Assembly: GCA_040756875.1 (NCBI GenBank)
Contig: JBFLYH010000002.1
Span: 606,526 to 670,525 of the forward strand
Length of the DNA stretch: 64,000 nucleotides
Direction: 5' to 3'
Source: a candidate division FCPU426 bacterium
GTDB taxonomy: Bacteria; Oederibacteriota; JAAXVQ01; JAUVAV01
Below the pieces are notes generated by a model. It was not told where the DNA came from. It was given only the letters and a program-made list of their open reading frames with translations, and searched no databases. Made by a program: the position numbers and the translations under genes. This document shows, one piece after another, positions 16,913-26,149 of the stretch. Numbering within the stretch: the stretch's first letter is position 1; each line of letters opens with the position of its first letter.

Positions 16913-18198
16913 GCGCGCCCAAGACGCCGGTCGACAATCACAGGTGAAGCCGCTTGGTTGCCTGCGCCCTGAAGCGCTTGGATTTCCTTCAACGACGAGC
17001 GCCGAACTTTGACGTTCAGCGACAGCTGCTGCAGGCGCGACGCCAGCCGGGCGCACACTTTGGGATGCGGCGCCTCCACCCACAAACTCATTTGTTCCTT
17101 GCCGCCCCGCCCTTCAGCCGCGAAGACGAAAGCGCCCGCTTCAGGCTCGCCCCAGAGCACGCCCCGCAGCGTTTCGGGATACCAGGTCTTTCCACCCAGT
17201 TGCAGGATTTCGGTTTTGGGGCCCAGCAGGGGGCCGATGCGCGGCGTCCAGCGCCCGCAGGCGCAGGCGCCCGTACGCAACGCGGCGAGTTCGCCCGTGC
17301 GGAAGCGCAGCACCGGCATACCCGCAACGCCGAACGGCGTGAGGCAAACCTCGCCCACTTCCCCGGCTGCAGCGGGCCTGCCTTGGGGATCAAGCACTTC
17401 GACATGAAGCACTTCCGGGTGCGCGTGCAGGCAGCCGGCCTCGCATTCCGCGAAGGAAGCCGAGGCTTCCAAGTGCAGGGACATCATCAGCGTCTTGGCG
17501 TTCCACAGCCGCGCCAGATAATTCCCCAGATCGTTCGGGCTGTCGTCCTGGTTGCGCAGCGAAGCGCCCAGCACCACCAGCCTCCGGACCGACCGGCGGC
17601 GCAGGTTGACGCCTTCGCGCTCCGCCGCCGTCGTAACGTTGCGCAGGTACTCCGCGTCCGCGTACAGGGTTCCGGGCTGATGCAAGCCGAGAACGGCGTC
17701 CAGGTCCCGCGCCGCGGGCTGCCCGCCCCGCAGCACCGTGGCCCCGATCCGCCGCAACCCCAGATACGTGGCAAGGCCGGAAAGGCCGCACCGGTCCCAG
17801 GGCAGCGCCGAAAAAACCGTTTCCCGCTCCCCCACTTCCAGAAGCTTGGCCGACAACTGCTGGTCATAAGCCAGCCGGGACAGGTCGCTCTCGGTCAGTT
17901 TCAACCAGCAATCGACGTTTTTTCCCGCCTGCCGGCTCGCGACCGCCGCGATGTCCGCGACTTCTTCGGGCCGGACGCAGAGAAACCGGTCGTGCTCGCG
18001 CTGCAGATCCTCGGCGCTGATGGCCGGCAGGTGCCGCAGGTCGTCCAGGCTTTTGAAATCGGTGGGCAGCAGGCGTTCACGGTCGAACAGGTCGCGGTAG
18101 AAAGGCGCGCGCTGGTAGACGTAATGGATCGTTTTGCGCAGTTGGCGGACCTGGATGATAGCGATTTCTTCAGGGGCAAACCATTCTGTTTTCGACAT
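16909..18198 (-). CDS. Phenylacetate-CoA ligase-like ANL-family protein (motifs degenerate)
   Basis: APFYRDLF..SLDDLRHLP, HPEVLHVEVLD, GEVGEVCLT, MPVLRFRTGE, CACGR overall PaaK pattern. Confidence 0.8.
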   Translation of the reverse strand: MSKTEWFAPEEIAIIQVRQLRKTIHYVYQRAPFYRDLFDRERLLPTDFKSLDDLRHLPAISAEDLQREHDRFLCVRPEEVADIAAVASRQAGKNVDCWLKLTESDLSRLAYDQQLSAKLLEVGERETVFSALPWDRCGLSGLATYLGLRRIGATVLRGGQPAARDLDAVLGLHQPGTLYADAEYLRNVTTAAEREGVNLRRRSVRRLVVLGASLRNQDDSPNDLGNYLARLWNAKTLMMSLHLEASASFAECEAGCLHAHPEVLHVEVLDPQGRPAAAGEVGEVCLTPFGVAGMPVLRFRTGELAALRTGACACGRWTPRIGPLLGPKTEILQLGGKTWYPETLRGVLWGEPEAGAFVFAAEGRGGKEQMSLWVEAPHPKVCARLASRLQQLSLNVKVRRSSLKEIQALQGAGNQAASPVIVDRRLGRA

Positions 18199-18253
18199 GC
18201 CTTCCCCCGGGGATCAAGCGTCCATCCATTGTAATGATACGGTGCAAACCCTG

Positions 18254-20002
18254 TCAATGGTCTTGGTTCTGCGGCGGAAGGTCGCACTCGACCTCCTGGG
18301 GTTTGGCGGCCGGGAATTCAAAAACACGGGGGCCGTGCCGCAACTGCGCCGTGGCTCCGGTTTTTCTCAGGCGCAGAGGCGCCTCCGGATCCTGGCCGCG
18401 GATGACATTGGCCAGGCACAAAGCCAGTTCCAGACCGTCGCCGCGCCGGTAATTGGCCGCTTCATCCGGCGTGGCCAGGCCCGCCTCGTCGTAAATGGAT
18501 TCCAGCGGCCACGTGCGCAGCTCCCGGTAGACGGACTCCGGATCCCGGCCGGCGAACAATAGCCGCGACACCGGATTCCGCTCCAGGCAGGCCTTGAGAA
18601 AAGCGGGCCAGCCGCGGCTGTCCACCTGTCGGCCGGCGTAGTACGCCAGGTCCACGACCGGGTCGGAGGGGCGGGCGGCTTCCAGCCGCTCCAGGATTTC
18701 GGACCGGGTCAACCCGGCCGGCAGGCGGAAATTGCTTCCGGGCCGGTAGCTTTTATCGGGCGAGGGCGCGCTGACCTTCAGGCAGGTGAAAGCGCGCAGG
18801 CGTTCGCACAGGCGGTCGACATCCGGCAGGTCCGCCAGCCAGTGCTTCAGGGTCCGGTAGGACTCCGCGGCGCTGCACAGCAGCGGTTCGCCGTTTAATT
18901 TTTCCGCCAGCACGTCCAGGCGGTAACGGCCGGGATACGGCTCGCGGGAATACTCCTCCAGGTCGATCTCGTCCAGGAGCTTCTTCCGGCTGGCGTCGCC
19001 GATCCGGTAGCGGCTGCCGTGTTCGTAATGGAACAGCCGTTCGGCCTCCAGGTAATACAGGTGCCCGGAAACCGCGTATTCGAACTGGAAATGGCGGCGG
19101 AACTCGTCGTGTACCCACAGAAAGTTGATGAAAATCTCGAACGTAATGGCGGTGGTGAGGAACTCGCCCAGGGCGCCGAGAAACCGGCGGTACTGCTGCG
19201 GGTCGATGGTGGCTTCCGCGTACTCCACGTGCGCGTAGCCGCTGGCATGAGCCACGATCGTGATGCGCTCCTTTTCCAGGGCGCGCCGGGCCTTGGTGGA
19301 AAGCTCGGTCCCGTTGAACCACATGGACTTGGTCACCAGGCGGCGGTTGTTGGTGATGACGCCGCCTTCGCGGAGCACGAAATTCTGGGAATGCAGGGGC
19401 GTGGCCAGCAGAAAAATGTCCTCCAGGGGCACCTGCAGGACGATGTACAGGGCCGCGGCGTACAGCGCGGACAGGGAAACGCATTCGCCTGCGCCCTGGC
19501 CGAAGTCGGGTTTGTGGCGGAAGGCGTCCATGGCCTCCACGGTTTCGGTTTTCCAGTAGGGGATGATGTCCTCGGTGTAGCGGTCCAGCCCGAAATGGCG
19601 GCGGATGTCGAGGTCGAAATAATGCCTGTCGCCCTCGTAGCCGAACAGGGCGTTGGACTGCGCCAGGAGCTGCGGATCGATGAAATCCCGAAAACGGGCG
19701 AGCTCGCGTTGCTTGGTGGTCAGGCCCCAGGTTTCCAGGTCCAGGTTGAAGCGGTAATGGTCCATGATGTACTGCTTGAGCCGCTGCAGCTGGCGGCTGA
19801 ACGGCAGGCGGTCCAGGGAGGCAAACCACGGGTCCTGCCGCCACGCCCAAATCCGCGGGGAGCGGATATTGGCCAGCACCAGGGCATAGAGCAGTTCGGG
19901 AAAAATGAACACTTCCATGTCCGACAGGGTGAAGGCCGAGGAATATTTTTCCAGCTCCCGCGCCGAGGCGACGGGCGCCACGCCGGATGTGCTTGGCGTC
20001 AT
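18254..20002 (-). CDS. Conserved hypothetical protein, possibly transglutaminase/papain-like core
   Basis: 582-aa ORF with strong genome-typical codon usage; GAGECVSLSALYAAAL..PLHSQNF; a second GDGLELALCLAN motif near the C-terminus. Confidence 0.75.
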   Translation of the reverse strand: MTPSTSGVAPVASARELEKYSSAFTLSDMEVFIFPELLYALVLANIRSPRIWAWRQDPWFASLDRLPFSRQLQRLKQYIMDHYRFNLDLETWGLTTKQRELARFRDFIDPQLLAQSNALFGYEGDRHYFDLDIRRHFGLDRYTEDIIPYWKTETVEAMDAFRHKPDFGQGAGECVSLSALYAAALYIVLQVPLEDIFLLATPLHSQNFVLREGGVITNNRRLVTKSMWFNGTELSTKARRALEKERITIVAHASGYAHVEYAEATIDPQQYRRFLGALGEFLTTAITFEIFINFLWVHDEFRRHFQFEYAVSGHLYYLEAERLFHYEHGSRYRIGDASRKKLLDEIDLEEYSREPYPGRYRLDVLAEKLNGEPLLCSAAESYRTLKHWLADLPDVDRLCERLRAFTCLKVSAPSPDKSYRPGSNFRLPAGLTRSEILERLEAARPSDPVVDLAYYAGRQVDSRGWPAFLKACLERNPVSRLLFAGRDPESVYRELRTWPLESIYDEAGLATPDEAANYRRGDGLELALCLANVIRGQDPEAPLRLRKTGATAQLRHGPRVFEFPAAKPQEVECDLPPQNQDH

Positions 20003-20003
20003 G

Positions 20004-20864
20004 TCATTGCTCCTGTCCGCGCATCCGCGCCCAGGCCCGCAGCCGCCGCAGGTTGCGGCGGTCCGGCCCCTGGCGGTCGAAACCCGGCGTCTCGAGAATG
20101 ACCGGCAGGCGACGGCACGCGGGCTCGTTCAAAAGGCGCTTCAGTCCGGCCGCGCCCAGGCGGCCTTCGCCGAGGTTCTCGTGCTGGTCGCGTCCGCTGC
20201 CGCAGGGAAACTTCGAATCGTTCAGGTGGATGCAACCCACCCGTCGCCAGCCCACGTGGCGTTGCAGGTCGGAAAGAAAGCGCCGGTAGCCCGGGGGCGA
20301 GGCCAAGTCATAACCCGCGGCGCACAAGTGCGCCGAATCCAGGCACACGCCCACGCGCGGGCCCAGGCGGCGGCACCAGCGGCCCAAAGTCGCAAAATCG
20401 CCGAGAGTGGGGCTTGGACCGGCCGCAGTTTCCAGCAGCAGCCGGCAGCCTTCGGGAACCAGGGGCAGAAGCGGCCGCAGGCGGGCCGCCAGGCGTTCAA
20501 AGCCCCGGCCTTGTCCCAGGTCCGATCCGGTGTGCACGACCACCGCCTGTGCGCCCAGGCGCCGGGCCGAGACCAGGTCGCGCCGCAACGCCTGCACGGA
20601 ATGCTTCCCCACCGCCGGTTTGGGCGACGCCAAATTGACCAGATAGATGGTATGAATGACCAGCTGCCGGATCCCGGCCCGGGGCGCGGCGTCGCGGAAA
20701 GCCCGGGCCTGGGCTGGACTCACCGGCTCGCCCTGCCAGCCGCGCGGATTGGCCGCGAAAATCTGCATGCACGTGCAACCCAGCCTCCTGGCTTTTTCCA
20801 CGGCGGCTTCCATGCCGCCGGCCGTGGAAACGTGCGCGCCCAACAGGCGGGGAGGCTGTTTCAC
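20004..20864 (-). CDS. nfo: Endonuclease IV
   Basis: LGAHVSTAGG, QIF, HTIYLVNLAS, LLETAAG, CLDSAH, HLNDSK, DQHENLG, ILETP. GTG start overlaps the upstream stop (GTGA). Confidence 0.93.
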   Translation of the reverse strand: MKQPPRLLGAHVSTAGGMEAAVEKARRLGCTCMQIFAANPRGWQGEPVSPAQARAFRDAAPRAGIRQLVIHTIYLVNLASPKPAVGKHSVQALRRDLVSARRLGAQAVVVHTGSDLGQGRGFERLAARLRPLLPLVPEGCRLLLETAAGPSPTLGDFATLGRWCRRLGPRVGVCLDSAHLCAAGYDLASPPGYRRFLSDLQRHVGWRRVGCIHLNDSKFPCGSGRDQHENLGEGRLGAAGLKRLLNEPACRRLPVILETPGFDRQGPDRRNLRRLRAWARMRGQEQ

Positions 20865-21634
20865 GACGGACTTTCTCCGATCCAGGACTCGAGTTTGCAC
20901 CATAGTAAAAATGCCGTTTCCAACCGTTCCTGCACGTTTTGGACCTTCGCCTCGCTGATCCGCCCCTCGGCGTCGAGCAGCAATCCGGGCGCCAGGCCCA
21001 GGGTCAGCCACGGCACGCCCGGACGGCCGTGACGCGTGCCGAGATACGCGCCGGTTTGCGGTTCATTGAGCCCGACCCGTCCGGCCACATCGGAAAAACG
21101 CGCGGCCAGCAAATCGCGCAGGTTCCGCGCCTGTTCGACCGGCCCGGTCAGGCGGCCGGCGCCTGGCCGCGCCTCGCCGGTGGGGCTGCCGTTGTTCCCC
21201 ACGCTGACCAGCACGGGCCTGCGCTCCAAACCCGCGGCCGGGTCCGGCAGTGCCCGCACTTCCAGCACGGCCCGCACTTTCCGCGACGCCGCGCTCCGGC
21301 CCACCTGGTCGTGAAACGACCGGTAGGCCTGCTGCAATTCCCGGCGGCACGCCTGGACGGCGCGGCGTTCGAAGGCAAAGAGCGGCAGCCGGTCCGGGCC
21401 CCGGCCGGGCAGCGATTGCCCCGGCGGCGCGTCCAGCTTCAGCAGCAGCGGAACCACCGCGCCGCGCACGATGAACGGCGTGCGGTGGTCCAACGCCGCG
21501 GCCCGGTCCAAGGCCGCGCCGGCCCGGGACAGGAAGGGTTGCAAAGCCGCTTGCCGCTCTTCGGGAAATGCTTCAGGCCAACGGGTCCCGCCGTCAGGCA
21601 GGACCAATAGCAGGGGCAGGGACTTCAATTCCAT
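20861..21634 (-). CDS. N-formylglutamate amidohydrolase-like protein (degenerate)
   Basis: Overall layout LPLLLVLP.GG...YRSFH..V...VSVGN...VGLNEPQTGAY...PWL resembles FGase, but the metal ligands are missing. Confidence 0.55.
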   Translation of the reverse strand: MELKSLPLLLVLPDGGTRWPEAFPEERQAALQPFLSRAGAALDRAAALDHRTPFIVRGAVVPLLLKLDAPPGQSLPGRGPDRLPLFAFERRAVQACRRELQQAYRSFHDQVGRSAASRKVRAVLEVRALPDPAAGLERRPVLVSVGNNGSPTGEARPGAGRLTGPVEQARNLRDLLAARFSDVAGRVGLNEPQTGAYLGTRHGRPGVPWLTLGLAPGLLLDAEGRISEAKVQNVQERLETAFLLWCKLESWIGESPS

Positions 21635-21643
21635 GCGGAAGCT

Positions 21644-22195
21644 TCAGGCCCAGCGCACATGCCATTTCCAGGCTTGGGGGTCGCTTTCGTCCCGCTGAAT
21701 GGAAATGTTCCTGGCCCGGGTCAGCTCCAGCACGCCGATGATGAACCCTTCGAGGTATTTGCGCTGCAGGGGGGGCATGTCCGGAAATTGGCGCACTACG
21801 ACCACGCCGCTCTTGCCGTCGGCGTTTTCGATCGTCGCCTCGCCGGTGTCATTGTAGGTGTGCCACAATTTCGCGGTGCGCTGCACCACAAATTCCACGG
21901 AAGGGATCATGAGGAAGACTTTATAAATGCCGTTCAGCCCGGCCTTGGCCAGCATGGCCGCCACCTTCTGCACGCCGTCCGGCTGGCCCGGAAAGAACAT
22001 CTCCGCGGCCACGGTGATCAAATCACCTTGATCCGGAATGTCTTTAAGGTCTATCCACGACACGGGCATGCTGGTGTCCAGGCGTTCCCGTTCCTTGGGA
22101 TGCAGCTTCTCTTTAAAACGGCGCACAAATTCGGGACCCTGATCCTGGATCAGCGTGCGCATAAGCATGTATCGGGTGGCTTTAATTCTGGGCAT
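21644..22195 (-). CDS. Hypothetical protein, DUF2378 / V4R-like
   Basis: PVSWI..., GIYKVFL.IPS.EFVVQRTAKLWHTYNDTG..., GFIIGVLEL..., C-terminal W.VRW pattern. Confidence 0.6.
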   Translation of the reverse strand: MPRIKATRYMLMRTLIQDQGPEFVRRFKEKLHPKERERLDTSMPVSWIDLKDIPDQGDLITVAAEMFFPGQPDGVQKVAAMLAKAGLNGIYKVFLMIPSVEFVVQRTAKLWHTYNDTGEATIENADGKSGVVVVRQFPDMPPLQRKYLEGFIIGVLELTRARNISIQRDESDPQAWKWHVRWA

Positions 22196-22225
22196 GGGCT
22201 CACCGGCTTTCCTGCGCCGCCCGGC

Positions 22226-23047
22226 TCAGGCCAGGTCGCGCAACCAGGCCAGCGCCGAAGCCGCAGCCAGGGCGCTGGTTTTGGGGTTCTCCCGTGAAGG
22301 CTCGTTCTCCGTGACGGTTTGCAGGCGTCCGAAATCGCCGCGCACTTCGAGCAGGTGGACGTTGCGGCGGCAGCCCGGGTCGGCGACGATCTCGACCCGG
22401 GTGCGGTCCGCCCCGATGCCTGTCAGGGCCACGGCCGCGGCCACGTTTACATTGGCCGGAAACGCCTTCACCGCCTCGCGGGCGCTGCCGCAAAATATCC
22501 GGCGGGCTTGCTTCAGCCGCTCCAGCCTCAGGGGATGGGTCTTGAAAAACGGCGCGCCAGCCAGCCCCCGCGGCGGCTTGCGCGTCACCAGGCGCACGCT
22601 TTGGATCCGCCCCAGGGCTTTGGCCGCCCGCAGGCCGTCCAATCCGCACAAAGCGCCCGCAGGAAACGCCAAGCGGCGTCCCGCGCGCCGGAACCGCTCC
22701 GCCAGTTCCGGGTGCTCGAGCAATCCGCCCACAGACATGACCAGCAGGTGCTTGCGCTCCCTCAGCGCGGCCGCGGCCACCGGTTTCACGGCCGCCATGC
22801 CGGCTGCCTCCACCAGGAGGTCGCTGGCCCGCGCCGCCTCGTCCAGGCTCAGCACGCGGGGCCGGGGCCGCAGGGTCTGCGCCAGGGATCGGGCCCGCGC
22901 CAGGTTGAGATCGGTCAGGGAAACCAGGCGCGCCCCCGGCACCGCGCCCCGGGCCAGGGCCCGGGCCAGCTGGGAGCCGATGGCGCCGCAACCGACGACG
23001 CCGATGGACACGGCTTGGGCAGCCGGCCGGCGCGGAAGTGTTTTCAT
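22226..23047 (-). CDS. nadX: L-aspartate dehydrogenase
   Basis: GVVGCGAIG, VEAAG, MSVGGL, GALCGLD, TRKPP, GSAREA..FPANVNVAA, NPKTSALAA; next to nadA. Confidence 0.93.
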   Translation of the reverse strand: MKTLPRRPAAQAVSIGVVGCGAIGSQLARALARGAVPGARLVSLTDLNLARARSLAQTLRPRPRVLSLDEAARASDLLVEAAGMAAVKPVAAAALRERKHLLVMSVGGLLEHPELAERFRRAGRRLAFPAGALCGLDGLRAAKALGRIQSVRLVTRKPPRGLAGAPFFKTHPLRLERLKQARRIFCGSAREAVKAFPANVNVAAAVALTGIGADRTRVEIVADPGCRRNVHLLEVRGDFGRLQTVTENEPSRENPKTSALAAASALAWLRDLA

Positions 23048-23067
23048 CGGGAAAACCTCCCCGGGAC

Positions 23068-24009
23068 TTAACGCTGCGGAATGACTTCCACCATGCGTTC
23101 CACGGCCCGGCGCGCCTTCACCACGACCGCGGGGTCGAGCTCGACGGCATGGCGCATGTGCTCGAGGCCGGACACCAGCACGGCCAGGGTGGTCATCTTC
23201 ATGGTGCGGCAGAGCATGCGTTCGGACAACGGGTGGAAGCGCTTGGCCGGATGTTCCTGGCGCAAACGGTAGAGCAGGCCGATTTCGGTCCCGATCAGGA
23301 ACTCCGCGCGCGGGTCGTCGCGGACGAAACGCAGCATTTGGGAAGTGGAGAGCACGGCGTCAGCCAGCGCGCACACTTCGGGCCGGCACTCCGGGTGGGC
23401 GAGAAAAACCGCCCCGGGGTGGCTGGCCCGGCCGGCCGCGACGTCCTGCACGGTGATGCGGTGGTGGACGCAGCAGCTGCCGGCCCAGGGAAAGATGCGT
23501 TTATCCGTGTGCCGCGCCACCCAGTCCGCCAGGTTTTTATCCGGCACGAAAATCACTTCGTCCTGGGCAAGCCCGCGCACCACGTCCACGGCGTTGGCCG
23601 AGGTGCAGCAGACGTCCGAAACCGCCTTGACCGCGGCCGAGGAATTGACGTAGCTGACCACCGCGGCCCGCGGATGCCGGGCCCGCTCGGCCAGCACGTC
23701 CTCGGCCGTGACCGTGTCGGCCAGGGGGCATCCGGCCTCGGCCACGGGCAGGAGCACGGTCTTGTCCGGCGCGAGCAGCTTGGCGCTTTCGGCCATGAAG
23801 CGAACGCCGGCCAGCACGATGACCCGGGCGTCGGACCGGGCGGCCAGCCGCGCCAGTTCCAGCGAATCGCCGGTGTGGTCGGCCACGGCCTGCACTTCGT
23901 CCGGCTGGTAGTTATGGGCCAGAATGACGGCCCGGCGCTCGGTTTTCAGGATCTGCAGCCGCTCGGTCAGGCGTTGCGGATTTTGCATGGCAAGTAAAGT
24001 CTCACTCAT
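23068..24009 (-). CDS. nadA: Quinolinate synthase
   Basis: ILAHNYQ, GDSLELA, VRFMAESAK, AGCPLA, YVNSSA, CCTSANA, AHPEC, C..MK. Confidence 0.96.
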   Translation of the reverse strand: MSETLLAMQNPQRLTERLQILKTERRAVILAHNYQPDEVQAVADHTGDSLELARLAARSDARVIVLAGVRFMAESAKLLAPDKTVLLPVAEAGCPLADTVTAEDVLAERARHPRAAVVSYVNSSAAVKAVSDVCCTSANAVDVVRGLAQDEVIFVPDKNLADWVARHTDKRIFPWAGSCCVHHRITVQDVAAGRASHPGAVFLAHPECRPEVCALADAVLSTSQMLRFVRDDPRAEFLIGTEIGLLYRLRQEHPAKRFHPLSERMLCRTMKMTTLAVLVSGLEHMRHAVELDPAVVVKARRAVERMVEVIPQR

Positions 24010-24421
24010 AAACGCGTTTCCCCTTCCGCCCGGGCGGCAGGGAGGCGTAGGGTCTGAGGCTGTCCACTCGGATCTCGGTAATGCGATTCTGTTTGTTCAC
24101 GAAGGCCACCCGGGGGTGGAAGCGCTCCAATTCCTCGTCCGTCACCGCGGCGTAGGCCAGAATGATGACGCGGTCGTGCTTGGTAAAAAACCGGGCGGCT
24201 GCGCCGTTGACGCGCACCTCGCCGGACCCGCGTTTTCCCGGAATGACGTAGGTCTCCACCCGCGCGCCGTTGTCCAGGTTGAGCACGTGCACGTGCTCGT
24301 AGGGCAGCAGGTCCACGGCCTGGCACAGGTCGCGGTCGATGGTAATGCTGCCCATGTAGTGCAGCTTGGACCCGGTCACCGTGGCCCGGTGGATTTTAGA
24401 TTTCAACAGACTGCGCTGCAT
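24002..24421 (-). CDS. panD: Aspartate 1-decarboxylase (pyruvoyl)
   Basis: LKSKIHRATVT..Y.GSITID (G-S autocleavage site), NGARVETYVI, NGAAAR. Confidence 0.96.
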   Translation of the reverse strand: MQRSLLKSKIHRATVTGSKLHYMGSITIDRDLCQAVDLLPYEHVHVLNLDNGARVETYVIPGKRGSGEVRVNGAAARFFTKHDRVIILAYAAVTDEELERFHPRVAFVNKQNRITEIRVDSLRPYASLPPGRKGKRVYE

Positions 24422-24426
24422 GCGTT

Positions 24427-25353
24427 TCAGCTCCCGCTGGCGAGGTCCACCAGGATATTGTCGATCAAACGGGCCTTGCCCAGGCGCACAGCCACGGCCA
24501 CCAGCACCCGTCCGGTCAGGATGTTCAGGTCCTCGAGGGTGTCGGCGTTCCGGACGGAGACGTAGTCGATGGTGATCAGCGGTTCGCTGCGCAGGCGCTT
24601 GCGCACCGCTTCCAGGACTTCCTTGGGATTGCGTTCGCCCACCTGGAGCATGCCTTCGGCCAGCTTCAGGGCCTGGTACAGGGCCGGCGCGACCGCCCGC
24701 TCTTCCTTGTTCAGGTAAACGTTGCGCGAGCTCCGGGCCAGGCCGTCCGCCTCCCGCACCGTGGGCAGCAGGATCGGTTCGCAGCCCAGATTCAGATCCG
24801 CAAGCACGCGCTTGATCACCAGCCACTGCTGGTAGTCTTTCTGGCCGAAAAACGCCCGGTGCGGCCGGACCTGGCTGATCAGCTTGGCCACCACCGTGGC
24901 CACCCCGGTAAAATGTTCGGGCCTCGACTGTCCGCACAGCGGCTGGGTCAGGCGGTCCGAGGGCACCACGCGCGTGGAGAACCCTTCCGGATACATGTCC
25001 TCCTTGGCGGGCGCGAACAACACCTCCACTTTTTCGGCCGAGACCAGCCGCAGGTCCTTCTTCAGGTCGCGCGGATAGGTCTCCAGGTCTTCGGCCGGGC
25101 TGAACTGGAGCGGATTGACGAACAAGGTGACCACGACCCGGTCGCAGGCGCGGCGGGCTTCGCGGATCAGGGACTGGTGCCCCTCGTGCAGGGCGCCCAT
25201 GGTGGGCACCAGGCCGATGGACTTCCCGTTCCGGCGCCAGCGCTCGGTCAGCAGGCGGATGTCCTTGATGGCGGTGATCAGCTTGGTCTTGTTCCGGCCC
25301 CGGGTCTTTGCTGTTTCTGCCGCCGGAGGCGCGGCCACGGTTTCGGCGATCAT
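24427..25353 (-). CDS. panC: Pantoate--beta-alanine ligase
   Basis: VPTMGALHEGH, FVNPLQF, RPEHFTGV, FGQKDYQQ, READGLARSSRN, RLIDN; ATGA overlap with panB. Confidence 0.96.
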   Translation of the reverse strand: MIAETVAAPPAAETAKTRGRNKTKLITAIKDIRLLTERWRRNGKSIGLVPTMGALHEGHQSLIREARRACDRVVVTLFVNPLQFSPAEDLETYPRDLKKDLRLVSAEKVEVLFAPAKEDMYPEGFSTRVVPSDRLTQPLCGQSRPEHFTGVATVVAKLISQVRPHRAFFGQKDYQQWLVIKRVLADLNLGCEPILLPTVREADGLARSSRNVYLNKEERAVAPALYQALKLAEGMLQVGERNPKEVLEAVRKRLRSEPLITIDYVSVRNADTLEDLNILTGRVLVAVAVRLGKARLIDNILVDLASGS

Positions 25354-26147
25354 GCTGGTTTCCTCCCCGCACCGGGAAACGTCCCGGCCTTGACATCCGC
25401 CGCATAGGCTGATATGGCCGCCACCGCGGCCTGTCCCAGCTCGGCGTAACGCTTGGCAAAGGGCGGCGTGAAATCCCCGAACAGCCCCAGGATGTCGTGC
25501 AGCACCAGCACCTGGCCGTCGCAGGCCGGACCGGCTCCGCAGCCGATGGTGGGAATGGAAAGCGCCTTCGTGACGCGGCCGGCCGCCTCGTCCGGAACTT
25601 TTTCCAGCACCACCGCGAAAGCGCCGGCCGCTTCCAGGGCCTGGGCGTCGCGCAGCAGGCGGGCCTGGCCGTCCGGGTCCGTGGCCTGGGTCCGGTAGCC
25701 GCCGTGCAGGTGCACGGACTGGGGCATGAGCCCCACGTGCCCCATGACCGGAATGCCGGCGGCCGTGAGCGCGGCCACGGTCGGCGCCCAGGCTTCCCCG
25801 CCTTCCAGCTTGACCGCGTGGGCGCCGGCTTCCTTGAGCAGCCGGCCCGCGTTGCGCACCGCTTCTTCGCGCGACACCTGATAGCTTAAAAACGGCAGGT
25901 CCGCCACCACCAGGCTGTCGCCCGCCCCGCGCGCCGCGGCGGCCGTATGCCGGAGCATGTCCTCCAGGGTGACGGGCAGCGTGCTGTCGAACCCGAGCAC
26001 GACCTGCCCCAGCGAGTCCCCTACCAGGATCACGGGCACGCCGGCTTGGGACACCAGTTTGGCCAGGGAGTAATCGTAGGCGGTCAGCACGGCGAAGCGT
26101 TCGCCGCGCGCCTTCCATTCGGACAGATGGCGGACGGTCACCCGCAT
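25350..26147 (-). CDS. panB: 3-methyl-2-oxobutanoate hydroxymethyltransferase
   Basis: LTAYDY, ILVGDSLG, VKLEGG, GHVGLMPQ, DGQVLV. Confidence 0.97.
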   Translation of the reverse strand: MRVTVRHLSEWKARGERFAVLTAYDYSLAKLVSQAGVPVILVGDSLGQVVLGFDSTLPVTLEDMLRHTAAAARGAGDSLVVADLPFLSYQVSREEAVRNAGRLLKEAGAHAVKLEGGEAWAPTVAALTAAGIPVMGHVGLMPQSVHLHGGYRTQATDPDGQARLLRDAQALEAAGAFAVVLEKVPDEAAGRVTKALSIPTIGCGAGPACDGQVLVLHDILGLFGDFTPPFAKRYAELGQAAVAAISAYAADVKAGTFPGAGRKPA

Positions 26148-26149
26148 GA

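Noticed and set aside
24002-26118. Long N-terminal extensions in the ORF track (panD 485 aa, panC 563 aa; also trpA, trpB, dapF, ricT, nfo)
   Set aside because: The extensions overlap upstream genes in other frames; true starts are marked by family N-termini, RBS and ATGA overlaps. They are not fusions.
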